DNA from: Candidatus Hydrogenedentota bacterium
GTDB taxonomy: Bacteria; Hydrogenedentota; Hydrogenedentia; Hydrogenedentales; SLHB01
NCBI GenBank assembly: GCA_963745075.1
Contig: CAVUWV010000010.1
Coordinates: 384,001-448,000, forward strand
Length of the DNA stretch: 64,000 nt
Direction of reading: 5' to 3'
Shown one piece after another: positions 41,176 to 51,094 of this stretch. How positions within the stretch are numbered: the first letter of the stretch is position 1; every line of letters starts with the position of its first letter. Under the pieces are notes generated by a model. The model worked only from the letters and a program-made list of their open reading frames with translations, ran no database searches and was not told the DNA's origin. The position numbers and the translations under genes are program-made.

Positions 41176-42762
41176 TTACCCCGTCATGCCACGGGAGCGC
41201 AGCAGCTTGTAATCGATGCTGTCAACCAGGGCTTCGTACGACGCGATGATGATGTTCTCGGATACCCCGACCGTGTCCCACTCCATCTGCCCGTCGGAGG
41301 ATTCGATGAGGACGCGCGTCTTCGCCTTGGTCGCAGCGCGTGCGTCGAGGATACGCACCTTGTAGTCCTCGAGGTGCACTTCGTTCAACTCGGGATAGGT
41401 GCCATCGAGGGCCTTCCGCAGCGCATTGTTCAACGCGTCGACCGGGCCAGCGCCTTCGCCGACGGTATGCTTAATGGCGCCGTCCGGCAATTCGATCTTG
41501 ACCGTCGCTTCCGACACGCCCTCGGGTTCACCGTTGCGTCGTTCCACGGTAACGCGCAGGCCGTGCAGTTTGAAGAAGGATCGATGCTCGCCTTTCGCGC
41601 GGAGGATCAGCAGTTCGAGCGATGCGTCGGCGCCTTCGAATTCATAACCCTGGTTTTCCATTTCCTTCACGCGTTTCAACACAGCCTTGGTTTCGGGTGC
41701 GTCGCGGTCGAGTTCGATCCCGAAATCCGCGGCCTTTTGCAACAGGCTCGATCGGCCGGACACTTCACTCACGGAAATGTGGGTGCGATTCCCGACCAGC
41801 TCCGGCGGGATATGTTCGTAACTCGTCTTGAGCTTCTTCACCGCATCCGCGTGCATGCCGCCCTTGTGGGTGAAAGCGTCGCGTCCCACGTAAGGGTCGG
41901 AGTCCCGGGGGATCATGTTTGACAACTCGGCCAGCAGGTGGGAGAGCGGCGCGAGGCTCTCGAGCTGCGTCGGCGTTACAACCGGCAAGGCGAGTTTCAA
42001 TTGCAGCGCCGGGATGATGGTGCACAGATTGGCGTTCCCCGTGCGTTCGCCGTAACCGTTGATGGTGCCTTGCACGTGGACGGCGCCTTCTTCGACCGCC
42101 GCCAGCGTGTTGGCAACCGCGCAGCCGCTGTCGTTGTGGGTGTGGATGCCGATGGCGGCTTCGGGCAACCGTTCGCGAACCGACCGCGTGATGCGGGAAA
42201 TCTCGGACGGGAGACGGCCCCCGTTGGTGTCGCACAGTACGAGGACTTCGGCGCCCGCGCGAAATCCGGCTTCGAGGACGGACAGGGCGTATCCGTCGTC
42301 TTCGCAGTAGCCGTCGAAGAAATGTTCCGCATCCAGGATCACGCGGCGTCCCTGAGATTTCAGGTACGCCACGGATTCGGCCGTGAGCCGCAGGTTCTCG
42401 TCCAACGACACGCGCAGAATGTGCTTCGCGTGAGTCGGCGAGGACTTGGCGAAGATCGTGATGACTTCCGTTTCGGCGTCCAGAAGGGCCTTCAAATTCG
42501 CGTCGTCTTCCACCGCCGATTTGGGATGGCGCGTGCTGCCGAATGCGGCCATCTTTGCATGCTTGAGTTCCATGTCGCGCGTGCGGGCGAACAGTTCAGC
42601 GGCTTTCGGATTGGACGCGGGTTGACCGCCTTCAATGTAGGAAATGCCAAAATCGTCCAGCGCTTTGACCACCCGGATCTGATCTTCGGCGGAAAACTTG
42701 ACGAGACGCCCCTGGGCGCCGTCGCGTAATGTGGTGTCATAAATTTCTATGCGGGTCGACAC
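41176..42762 (-). CDS. cimA: Citramalate synthase
   Basis: DTTLRDGAQG, DAEHFFDG, HTHND, GYGERTGNANL, HKGGMH, YEFEGADAS.EL, regulatory domain GAGPVDAL. Confidence 0.92.
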   Translation of the reverse strand: MSTRIEIYDTTLRDGAQGRLVKFSAEDQIRVVKALDDFGISYIEGGQPASNPKAAELFARTRDMELKHAKMAAFGSTRHPKSAVEDDANLKALLDAETEVITIFAKSSPTHAKHILRVSLDENLRLTAESVAYLKSQGRRVILDAEHFFDGYCEDDGYALSVLEAGFRAGAEVLVLCDTNGGRLPSEISRITRSVRERLPEAAIGIHTHNDSGCAVANTLAAVEEGAVHVQGTINGYGERTGNANLCTIIPALQLKLALPVVTPTQLESLAPLSHLLAELSNMIPRDSDPYVGRDAFTHKGGMHADAVKKLKTSYEHIPPELVGNRTHISVSEVSGRSSLLQKAADFGIELDRDAPETKAVLKRVKEMENQGYEFEGADASLELLILRAKGEHRSFFKLHGLRVTVERRNGEPEGVSEATVKIELPDGAIKHTVGEGAGPVDALNNALRKALDGTYPELNEVHLEDYKVRILDARAATKAKTRVLIESSDGQMEWDTVGVSENIIIASYEALVDSIDYKLLRSRGMTG

Positions 42763-42861
42763 GTTGGTACTCTCCTGACTAGGCGTTTCTCCTCAACGGG
42801 CTTATGCATACCCGGCGTCCCGGGGGATACCCTGTCTGACGGCCGGCGCGGGAGGCTGGAA

Positions 42862-44094
42862 TTATTTTGAAATGGCGCCCGCTTCCACCCGTGCCGATTG
42901 TATCATAAACGGCACCAGCTCGTGTCCGGTGGGGAAGAGGAGGCCCGTGTCCCGCGCGGCCGTCTCACTGTAACGCGTCGCGTCGTCGGGAACGACCCCG
43001 GGACCGCACATGGCGAAAGGTACGGAACCGCCCGCGTGGGTTCGGGTGGACAAGGCCGTCACGTGGTCCGGTGCAACGAGAATGCGAACGTCGCCGCGAC
43101 TCGCGGCATACTCGAGGCACGGCGCCACCACGTTCCGATCGAAATCCTCGATGGCCTGCAATTTGAGATCGAGGCGTCCTTCGTGGGCCGTCTCGTCGGG
43201 GGCTTCCACATGCAGGTACACAAAATCCAATCGCTCGAGGGCATCGAGCGCCGCGCGCACCTTGCCCGCGTAGTCGGTATCGAGATAGCCGGTCGCGCCG
43301 GGGACCTGCAAGGCCTCCATGCCTGCACATATGCCTATGCCGTTAACTAGGTCAACAGCAGAAACTACCGCGCCGCGGATCCCGAAGCGTTCGTGGAACG
43401 GCGCCATGACCGGGGAGCGGCCTTGGCCCCATAGCCAGATGCTTGTCGCAGGTGGCTTGCCCGCCTCAATCCGGGCGCGGTTCACAGCATGTCCATCGAG
43501 GGTCGCCCGGGAGCGCGTCATGAGCTCGCTGAGAAACGCCCCGGCGCCACCATCCGGAAGATGGGGGCGATAGCGCTGGTCCGAAATGTTATGGGGAGGC
43601 GTGCACACCGTCTCCGCAAGGTCTTCCAGGGGCACGGTAGAGGCTTGGATGATCGCGAGATGGCGGTAGCCGACACCGGAGTGAAAGCGGATATCGCCAT
43701 TCGGGAAGCTCTCATTCAGGGTGGCGATGAGTTCGGCCCCTTCGTCGGAGGAAATGTGCCCCGCCGTAAAGCTTTTCATAACATCGTCTTGGAGTGTCAC
43801 GAGGTTGCAGCGGAATGCAACCTCATTCTCGGCGAGCAGGATTCCCTGGCGGGCCGCTTCGAGGGGTGCGCGCCCCGTGTAGGTGACCTTGGGGTCGTAG
43901 CCGAATACGGAGAGATTGCCGACGTCGCTGCCCGGGGGAAGGTCCTCCGGGATGGGGTTGAACAAGGCGCAGAGCCCTTGCTTAGCGACTTCGTCCATCG
44001 CTGGGGTATGGGCTGCTTCGAGGGGGGTACGGCCTTTCAGTTCGGCTACTGGGAAGTCGGCCATGCCGTCTCCGAGCAAGACGAGGAATTTCAA
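42862..44094 (-). CDS. apgM: Cofactor-independent phosphoglycerate mutase (ApgM type)
   Basis: GDGMAD, TPLEAA.TP.MD, PGSDV, YTGRAPLEAA, HVEAPDE..H, PDH; TTG start 44094 with GGAGG RBS. Confidence 0.9.
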   Translation of the reverse strand: MKFLVLLGDGMADFPVAELKGRTPLEAAHTPAMDEVAKQGLCALFNPIPEDLPPGSDVGNLSVFGYDPKVTYTGRAPLEAARQGILLAENEVAFRCNLVTLQDDVMKSFTAGHISSDEGAELIATLNESFPNGDIRFHSGVGYRHLAIIQASTVPLEDLAETVCTPPHNISDQRYRPHLPDGGAGAFLSELMTRSRATLDGHAVNRARIEAGKPPATSIWLWGQGRSPVMAPFHERFGIRGAVVSAVDLVNGIGICAGMEALQVPGATGYLDTDYAGKVRAALDALERLDFVYLHVEAPDETAHEGRLDLKLQAIEDFDRNVVAPCLEYAASRGDVRILVAPDHVTALSTRTHAGGSVPFAMCGPGVVPDDATRYSETAARDTGLLFPTGHELVPFMIQSARVEAGAISK

Positions 44095-44310
44095 CGTAGA
44101 AGCCCTCCGGAGCACCGGGCTTGATCGGGTGCCACAATTAAGCGAAGATAGCATATTGCTAGAAGGGAAGTCAAGGCTATGTGGTTGGCTTTCTATGGAT
44201 TAGGAATATTGGATAAGCGCGCCGTGAAGGTGGATCGAAGTGGCGTTCGCGGCACTGGCTAAGTCTTTGGGGAATGTGGTATCCAAGCGTTTAGCTTGGG
44301 GGAGTAGCAT

Positions 44311-44976
44311 GTGATGGCCGACTTGTCTTTGGCCCTGGCGAAGCTGGAGAGCGCCGGGATTGACTTGGCAAATGACGTTGAGGACCGACTTTGTAAGCAC
44401 ATGGCGCTGGTCGGGGAATGGAGCCGTGTCGTGTCCCTGGTTTCCGTGTCGGATCTGGCGGAATTGGAGACGCGGCATGTCATCGATTCGTTGTCGTTGG
44501 TGCCCCTACTGGTGAATCGCGGGCTGACGCGGGGGTCATTGCTGGATATAGGGAGTGGGGGAGGTTTCCCGGCCATCCCTTTGGCCGTCGTTCTACCGGA
44601 ATGGCGTTTGGTCTTGCTCGAGCGGTCGGAACGGAAGGTGGGTTTCCTGCGCAAAGTCCACGGTGCGCTGGGTTTGGCAGGCGTGGAGGTGCGATGTGGG
44701 CAGTTCCCGAAGCATGCGTGGGACGTTGGGCCGGATGTGATTACCGCGCGGGCGGTGGAGAAGCCGGAGCGCATCGTCCGGGAAGCGGGCGTGTTTGTGG
44801 AGGCGGGGGCGCAATTGCTGTGTCAGGCGGGCGATCCGCGGGAACTGGCGCCCGAAATGTTTCACGTGGAACCTTCTGCCCAAAGGTTCCACGTGGAACA
44901 TTGGGAAGACGACTGGACCCGGGAAGGACTCCGCCGCGGCCAACTCTACGTCGTTTCTCCTGCAACTATCCCTTAA
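44311..44976 (+). CDS. rsmG: 16S rRNA m7G527 methyltransferase
   Basis: RHVIDSL, LDIGSGGGFPAIPL, RKVGFL, DVITARAV. Confidence 0.88.
   Translation: MMADLSLALAKLESAGIDLANDVEDRLCKHMALVGEWSRVVSLVSVSDLAELETRHVIDSLSLVPLLVNRGLTRGSLLDIGSGGGFPAIPLAVVLPEWRLVLLERSERKVGFLRKVHGALGLAGVEVRCGQFPKHAWDVGPDVITARAVEKPERIVREAGVFVEAGAQLLCQAGDPRELAPEMFHVEPSAQRFHVEHWEDDWTREGLRRGQLYVVSPATIP
44858..44900. promoter_or_regulatory. parS: Two tandem parS sites within the rsmG coding sequence
   Basis: TGTTTCACGTGGAACC (44858-44873) and GGTTCCACGTGGAACA (44885-44900). Confidence 0.85.
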
Positions 44977-46630
44977 GCCCGGTCAGCGTAACGCCTTGAA
45001 TAAACTGGCGCTGTGCCGCGAAGAACAGGACCATCACGGGCAAGGTCATCATGACCGACGCCGCCATCAGAATCTGATGGGCATTCACGTTCATCACCTG
45101 CAAGGAAAACAACCCCAAGCTTAACGGGTACAGCCGCTGATCGCTCAGATAAATAAGCGGTCCCATGAAGTCGTTCCAAACCGTCAAGAACGTGAATATC
45201 CCAATCGTCGCCAGCGCCGGCTTTACCAATGGCAGAATGATCCTTCGAAAAATCCCAAAGTAGCCGCAGCCGTCGATTCGCGCACTGTCTTCGAGATCCT
45301 TCGGTATCCCCAGCATGAACTGCCGGAGCAGGAAGATATAAAACGCGCTGCCGAACAGGGACATCACCCACAGCGGCTTCAGGGTGTTGTACCAGCCCAG
45401 CTCCTTGAAGATGAGGAACACGGGGATCATCGTTACCTGCGGCGGAATCATGAGGGTCGCCAACACGAGCACAAAACAGAAGTCCCGCGCCGGCCACCGC
45501 AACCGGGCGAAGGCATAGGCCACCAGCGACGATCCGAAGATCTGGCCCAGCACATTCAGAACCACCAGCAGCGTGCTGTTCCACGCGTACTTCTTCATTG
45601 GCGCCAGTCGCAAAGCCTCCCGGTAATTGTGGGTATATTTGTACCACGTCGCCAGCAGGTGGGGGGCGTGGGTGTACTTCAGCGTAATCCGGACCGTATG
45701 GGGATCGACGAGCGCCGACGGCCCGGTTTCCTTCAAGCGCAGCCAGTTCTTCATCTTGATGGAATCGTCGTCGGGGCTCGGGAACTGCCAAGTCAGGTCC
45801 TGCCACGTATCCGTACCCGCGAAGGCCTTCTCCGCGGACTCGAACTTCCGGCCGCCCACCTCGATGGTCGCATGAATGGGGTGCCAGGACCGATCGGCGT
45901 GATTCCCCACCACGATCTTCCGGAAATTCGCGAGGTCCATCTTCAACGGCACGGTCGTTTGCAGCGTGAACGATTTGTCGTTCTCAAAGGAGTAGTGAAC
46001 CTCCTGCGCGGGCCGCAATAACCCGGTCTCCCGCCGGATCAAGGTCGCGTCGCCGTCAACGACCTTCCAATCAAAGCCCGTGTCCCCGGTGGGATGCTCG
46101 ACGGTCAGGTCCCAGCCGTGAAGCGTAACCGTGGATACCGCGATCCGGCGATACACGGCGTCGAAGACCTCCCGCGCCAAGTCGGGTTTGACCGCGTCTG
46201 CAAACCACCGCGCGGCCTCGTCGGTTGGACGCGTGAAAACTTCGTTGGGAACCCGCCGGACCAACCGAGCATAGATCCCTTCCGCGAGCACAGGATTCGA
46301 CAGATTGGGACCAAAGAACGCCGGCAATTCGCCGCCAATCTTCTCGACGGCGCCGGAAATCGCTTCCTGCGCAACGGGACTGACCCGTTCCCAATCCTCC
46401 TCGGAAACCAGCCCTGGCCGAACGGGGCGCTCATTGATACGGATGCCGAAGTACGGCGACGTGACGACGCCATCGGGAATCTGCGGGATCCAGCGCGGCG
46501 GATACAACTCATCCGCGACCTTCGCGCTGGTGCTGAGCAGCCAGACGAAGGGAAACGCAAAGAGGATAGAACCCGCCAACAAAGCCGCGTGGGCAACGAC
46601 TCGTCGCGCGATGTACGCCAGTAGCTCCAC
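44966..46630 (-). CDS. Carbohydrate ABC transporter permease (MalG-like) with a large extracytoplasmic insertion; start approximate
   Basis: FPFVWLLSTS, AYAFARL, EAA-type loop LEDSARIDG, WNDFMGPLIY. Confidence 0.85.
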   Translation of the reverse strand: MELLAYIARRVVAHAALLAGSILFAFPFVWLLSTSAKVADELYPPRWIPQIPDGVVTSPYFGIRINERPVRPGLVSEEDWERVSPVAQEAISGAVEKIGGELPAFFGPNLSNPVLAEGIYARLVRRVPNEVFTRPTDEAARWFADAVKPDLAREVFDAVYRRIAVSTVTLHGWDLTVEHPTGDTGFDWKVVDGDATLIRRETGLLRPAQEVHYSFENDKSFTLQTTVPLKMDLANFRKIVVGNHADRSWHPIHATIEVGGRKFESAEKAFAGTDTWQDLTWQFPSPDDDSIKMKNWLRLKETGPSALVDPHTVRITLKYTHAPHLLATWYKYTHNYREALRLAPMKKYAWNSTLLVVLNVLGQIFGSSLVAYAFARLRWPARDFCFVLVLATLMIPPQVTMIPVFLIFKELGWYNTLKPLWVMSLFGSAFYIFLLRQFMLGIPKDLEDSARIDGCGYFGIFRRIILPLVKPALATIGIFTFLTVWNDFMGPLIYLSDQRLYPLSLGLFSLQVMNVNAHQILMAASVMMTLPVMVLFFAAQRQFIQGVTLTGLKG

Positions 46631-46635
46631 CGCGG

Positions 46636-49099
46636 TCAGTCGCCTGACTCGTAGTGGACCCAGACCTTGCTGAGCCGCAACTGCACGATGGTTAAGACCA
46701 GGATGATGGCGAACAGTATCCACGCCATCGCCGAGGCGTAGCCCATCTTCATGTACCGGAACGCGTTGTTGAACAACGCGTAGACGTAGAACAGCGTCGC
46801 ATCCAGGGGGCCGCCCCGTGTCATGACGTAGGCCTGCGTGAAAATTTGGAAGGTACCGATGAGTCCCATGATGAGGTTGAACAGCACGTAGGGGCTCAGC
46901 ATGGGCAATGTCACGCTCCAGAACCGGCGGATCGGCCCTGCGCCGTCAATCTCCGCCGCCTCGTAAAGGTGCTTGGGAATGCCCTTGAGTCCCGCCAGCC
47001 AGATAATCATGCTGCCGCCCGCGCCCCAGACCAGCATGATGATCAGCGCGGGCTTTGCGATGTACTGGTTCTGGAGCCAGGCGGGGCCTTCGAGACCGAT
47101 CGAGCGGAGGAAGTTGTTCAGCACGCCCTCCTGCGGATTAAAAATCCAGAGCCAGAGAATCGACGCAGCCACGGCCGGCATGATCGCGGGCAGATAGAAG
47201 ATGGTGCGATAGAACGCCATGCCCCGGGTTTCGCTGCTCAGCAGCATGGCGATGGCCAGCCCGGCGATCATGGTCAACGGGATCGACAGCGCCATGAAGA
47301 GCGTGTTGTAGAGAGACTTATAGAACAAGGGGTCGTTGGTGAGAAGATCGACGTAGTTCTGGAAACCGACCCACTTGGGTGGCGACATGACGTCTGTACT
47401 GGCAAAAGCTCATGATGAGGGAGAAGAAAATCGGGCCGCCGCCGAAGACCAAAAAGCCGATAAACCACGGCGAGGCAAAGGCATAGCCGGCATGAAACTC
47501 CTTGCGGAAATACCCGCTCGCCTGCACGCGGCGGGACGCTATCCAGTAGACCGCGGCCGTCCCCAGGAGCAACAGGACAAGATATCCAATCACCACCGGA
47601 CGCCAACTGATGACCGGATAGGCAACGGGATGGTTCAATTTGTCGAGTTCCGCCTGGACAATCGCCGTGCCGCGGTCGAGGGCGATCTTGGCGTTCTCGT
47701 GCACGTCGGGGTCGTACTGCTTGTAGATCCCCGATTCCATGGCCCGGACCTGCTCGTTCCAGAGCAATTGACCCACGGGTGTCACCGGCCGGAATTTTGA
47801 AAAGGGCATGGCCTCGATGAACACTCGCTTGGCGACTTTGAATCGCTCCGCTACTGATGGAACACTATATAAGTATTTCTGCATCGCCCATTCGGTGATG
47901 TCGCGCCGCGCGCTCATTCGGGGGATGTACACGTTGCCCGCCGCGTTGCTGAGCTGCTTGCCCGCGTCGGCCTTGATTTCAAAGGCCCGTTGCGAGGAGA
48001 GGTACTTGATAAACTCCCAGGCTTCGCGCGGATGTTTGCAGCCCCGGGGGACGATGTAGGCGAACCCGCCGCACCAGCCGAGCTGCTGTTTCCCCTTGGG
48101 CGCAGGGGCCAACGCGACACCAATTCGCATATCGCGCCGCTTGTTGGCGATGTCGGTGAGGTAGTAGTCCCCGTCGATTTTCATGGCAATCTTGTCGGAC
48201 AGGAAGGGATCGAGATTGCCCCCCATGGCGCTGCTCTGGAAGGCGATGACCTTCTCGGCGCCGCCCATGATGTCGTAGAGTTCGGTCATGTAGGCGAGCG
48301 ACTCCACGATCCGGGGATCGTTCAGGGTGCACGTCTTGCCGTCGGCGCTCATGAACTTGCCGCCGTTGAGCCAGCCGTAGATATAGAGCCAGGAGTTGCC
48401 GAAATTGGGGCTGTGCGGCAAGAACCCAATGCGGACCAGGTCGCCTTGCGCGTTGAATTCCGTGAGGATGCGCGTGGCGTCCTTCAGTTGCTCCCAGGTG
48501 CGGGGCGGGCCCGGTTTGGTGGGGTCCTCGGGATCCACGCAACCTACGGCGATCAATTCATCGGCGTGCTTGTCGAGGATGTCCTTGTTGTAGAAGAGGG
48601 CGCGGTTGTCCGTGTCGTCGGGAACGGCATACAGCGTGCCGTGATACTGGCTTTCCTGCCAGCAGGCGTCGAAAAAGTCCTTGGGATGGAGCGTAAAAGG
48701 GTCGTCGGGACGTTCCTTGAGGTCCTCATCGAGGTACGGCTGGAGCGAGACAAAGGCGCCGCGCGACGCCCATTCGCCCACGGCGAAGCGGTCGAACCAC
48801 ACCACATCCGGCGGGTCGCCGCCGGCGATGGAACACAACAAGCGTTGCGGGTCGCCGGTGCGATCGATGGTCGCGCTTTGACCCAGGATGACTTTGATCG
48901 CGGGTTTGCCGTCGCTACCGTCGTGCAGGACTTGGAACTGTTGAATGAGATCGAGCGCGACGAGAACGTCGTTCTCGAGGGCGATGTCGTTCCCCCAATA
49001 ATAGAGCGTTACCGGTTCGGCGGACCAAGCAGCCGCGCACATGAGAAGACCGGCTCCCATCCGTGCGAGCCGCGTCGTCAGTAGCGTATGTCGAATCAT
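46636..49099 (-). CDS. Fused sugar-binding protein plus ABC permease (MalF-like); single-base frameshift near 47395
   Basis: SBP motifs (GGDPPDV, ALFYNKD, PRTWEQL), then YAFASPW..GF...MSFCQY|DVMSPPKWVG joining LYEAAEIDGA if one A is removed. Confidence 0.8.
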
Positions 49100-49280
49100 C
49101 GCGTTGGCTCCCCTCGCGATCGGAGGGCATCAAACCACACGGTCGCGCGGGAAAGCAAACGGGAAACGCCGAATGTGCCCGTTACCGGCAAATGAACGCG
49201 ACGTTATTCTGAGCGCGGACCACGCCGCGAGCGTGGTTGTTGGCGGCGAGAACAGTCGAGCATGTTGCGACATACATCAC

Positions 49281-49385
49281 TCTCGAAATCGGGATCGAAA
49301 TCGGGATCGAAATCGAAATCGGAATCGAGAGCACTTGGCGCTTTCCACTTCGATTCCGATCCCGATAGCGATCCCGATTTCGAGA
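49281..49385. repeat. Inverted element built of 6-nt (AATCGG/GATCGA) tandem units
   Basis: TCTCGAAATCGGGATCG...CGATCCCGATTTCGAGA; related AATC-rich tracts near 1081 and 6800. Confidence 0.7.
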
Positions 49386-49492
49386 TTCGTTTGCGTTACA
49401 GCCGCATGTGACTGTTCTTCCGCGTATTCGCCGAGTTCTAAGCGCGGTCCGCCGCTCAGAATGACGGCGTCCATCCGGTTCGAGGATAGCTT

Positions 49493-50029
49493 TCAGTTCG
49501 CAATATCGCGCGAGATGTTCTGCGGCCGGCCGGCGTACTGAATCAGTTGGGCCTGTGAAACCGGCAGCAGGAAGGGAGGCCCGTCACCGAACTGGAGGTA
49601 GAAGCGATCCGTTTGCCCTTGGTCCGGCGACGGCGGTAACGCGGGATGCCGCGGATCTAACGAGAACCACGTGAGCCGGCCGTTCTCAAACCGGTACTGG
49701 AAATAGACGTCCGCCGCATCCTTCAAGCCGCCCTTGTGCGCGGTGCCGCCGAGGGACTGCATCAAGTCATCGTTCAAGTCGGACAACGCGTAGGCGGTAC
49801 CTTGTATGAAAACTTTCACCGGTGGCAGCGGCGAGGTGTCATCCGGCGCGCGCCACATAAACACGCGATAGTACTCTGTGCCGAAGGCGCCATCCGCGTG
49901 GCCGACAAAGGTCACGGGGCCGGGATACGTCGCGCGGTATTGCAGGATGCCGCGAATCGGAATCCACGCCAGAACCCCGAGGACGACGATTACAGCGAGC
50001 ACGATGGCGGTCAACGTTCTGGGTCGCAT
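49493..50029 (-). CDS. Hypothetical membrane-anchored protein
   Basis: 178-aa ORF with N-terminal TM helix and GGAG RBS. Confidence 0.65.
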   Translation of the reverse strand: MRPRTLTAIVLAVIVVLGVLAWIPIRGILQYRATYPGPVTFVGHADGAFGTEYYRVFMWRAPDDTSPLPPVKVFIQGTAYALSDLNDDLMQSLGGTAHKGGLKDAADVYFQYRFENGRLTWFSLDPRHPALPPSPDQGQTDRFYLQFGDGPPFLLPVSQAQLIQYAGRPQNISRDIAN

Positions 50030-50190
50030 GGCGGTTTCTCCGGAGACCTTCGCGTCTCAGGATACACGAACTTTGGGGGCGGATTGTTGTTTCGGCGCTC
50101 CGTCCATCGCGTCCATTGCGTCCATGGCAACGCGCCCCGTGCGGTCGCGGTGGCAGCAGGTGGGAAGACTTGCTCTCCGGAAGAGGCCCC

Positions 50191-50859
50191 CTACCGCTCG
50201 ATATGCCGCGACAGGTCTTGGGGAAGATCGAAACTGTTGAACGGTGTCGCGTCTCGTCCGAATGTGCGTGAGACCTTGTTCGTATCGAGCACGCTGAACG
50301 AAAGGATCAACATCAGGAAGGTCGTCAGGATCAGACCGAGCAAGGCAATCGGGATGCCCAGGTTCCGCGCGGGGGCCGCCGCTTCGGCCGTGCCGCCGCC
50401 GGTGGGGTCGGTGTACGCCGTTTGCAGAAAGCCAAACACGAACTCGGAGAGCGCGAGCCCATACAACGCCGTCAACAACGCCACCGCCAGTCCGCCCCCG
50501 ATCTTGCCGGGGTCGTCCAGCGTCGTCAGCATTTGGATGACGCCCATGAGGCTGCCAATTACGCCCGAGGCGACGGCGAACCGGCTCCCGCTCCGCGCGA
50601 TCGCGGCGTACCGCGGATTCGGCGGAACCTTGACGAGAAAGAACGTGAGGAAGGCGTCCCCGCAGAAGCGGAGAAAATCTTCCCCGTGTAGCGCAGTCAG
50701 GAGCGCAAAGGTGAGTCCCAATACAAGAAGAATCGATGGGACGTTAACGAAGATCCCTGGAGCGCCACCCAACCAAACCACAACGATGAGGAACAGAATC
50801 GCTACGACGGTACCTGCCAACCGACAAACTGAGAACTTCCGAGAATTGTTCGCGGTCAT
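50191..50859 (-). CDS. MotA/TolQ/ExbB-like membrane protein
   Basis: F.NVPSILLVLG, GVIGSLMGVIQML..LDDP.KIGGGLAVALLTALYG. Confidence 0.75.
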   Translation of the reverse strand: MTANNSRKFSVCRLAGTVVAILFLIVVVWLGGAPGIFVNVPSILLVLGLTFALLTALHGEDFLRFCGDAFLTFFLVKVPPNPRYAAIARSGSRFAVASGVIGSLMGVIQMLTTLDDPGKIGGGLAVALLTALYGLALSEFVFGFLQTAYTDPTGGGTAEAAAPARNLGIPIALLGLILTTFLMLILSFSVLDTNKVSRTFGRDATPFNSFDLPQDLSRHIER

Positions 50860-51094
50860 TGTTTCGTCCTCCCTTGATGGCCCCTGCATTCCCCTGGCCG
50901 TAGTATACACCTATCGAGAGTGATTTCCGTCCCGGGAGTTCTGGTTGACTGAGTCCCTCAGAATACCGATGGATGGTGGCCAAACACGGGGTCAATCAGA
51001 AAGTACTGGACGGGAATCATTCCCGTCCTACAAGAACATCCGGATTCTGAGTACCGATTCGTGGAGTAGTACGAGCGAGTACGACCCCCGGTGC

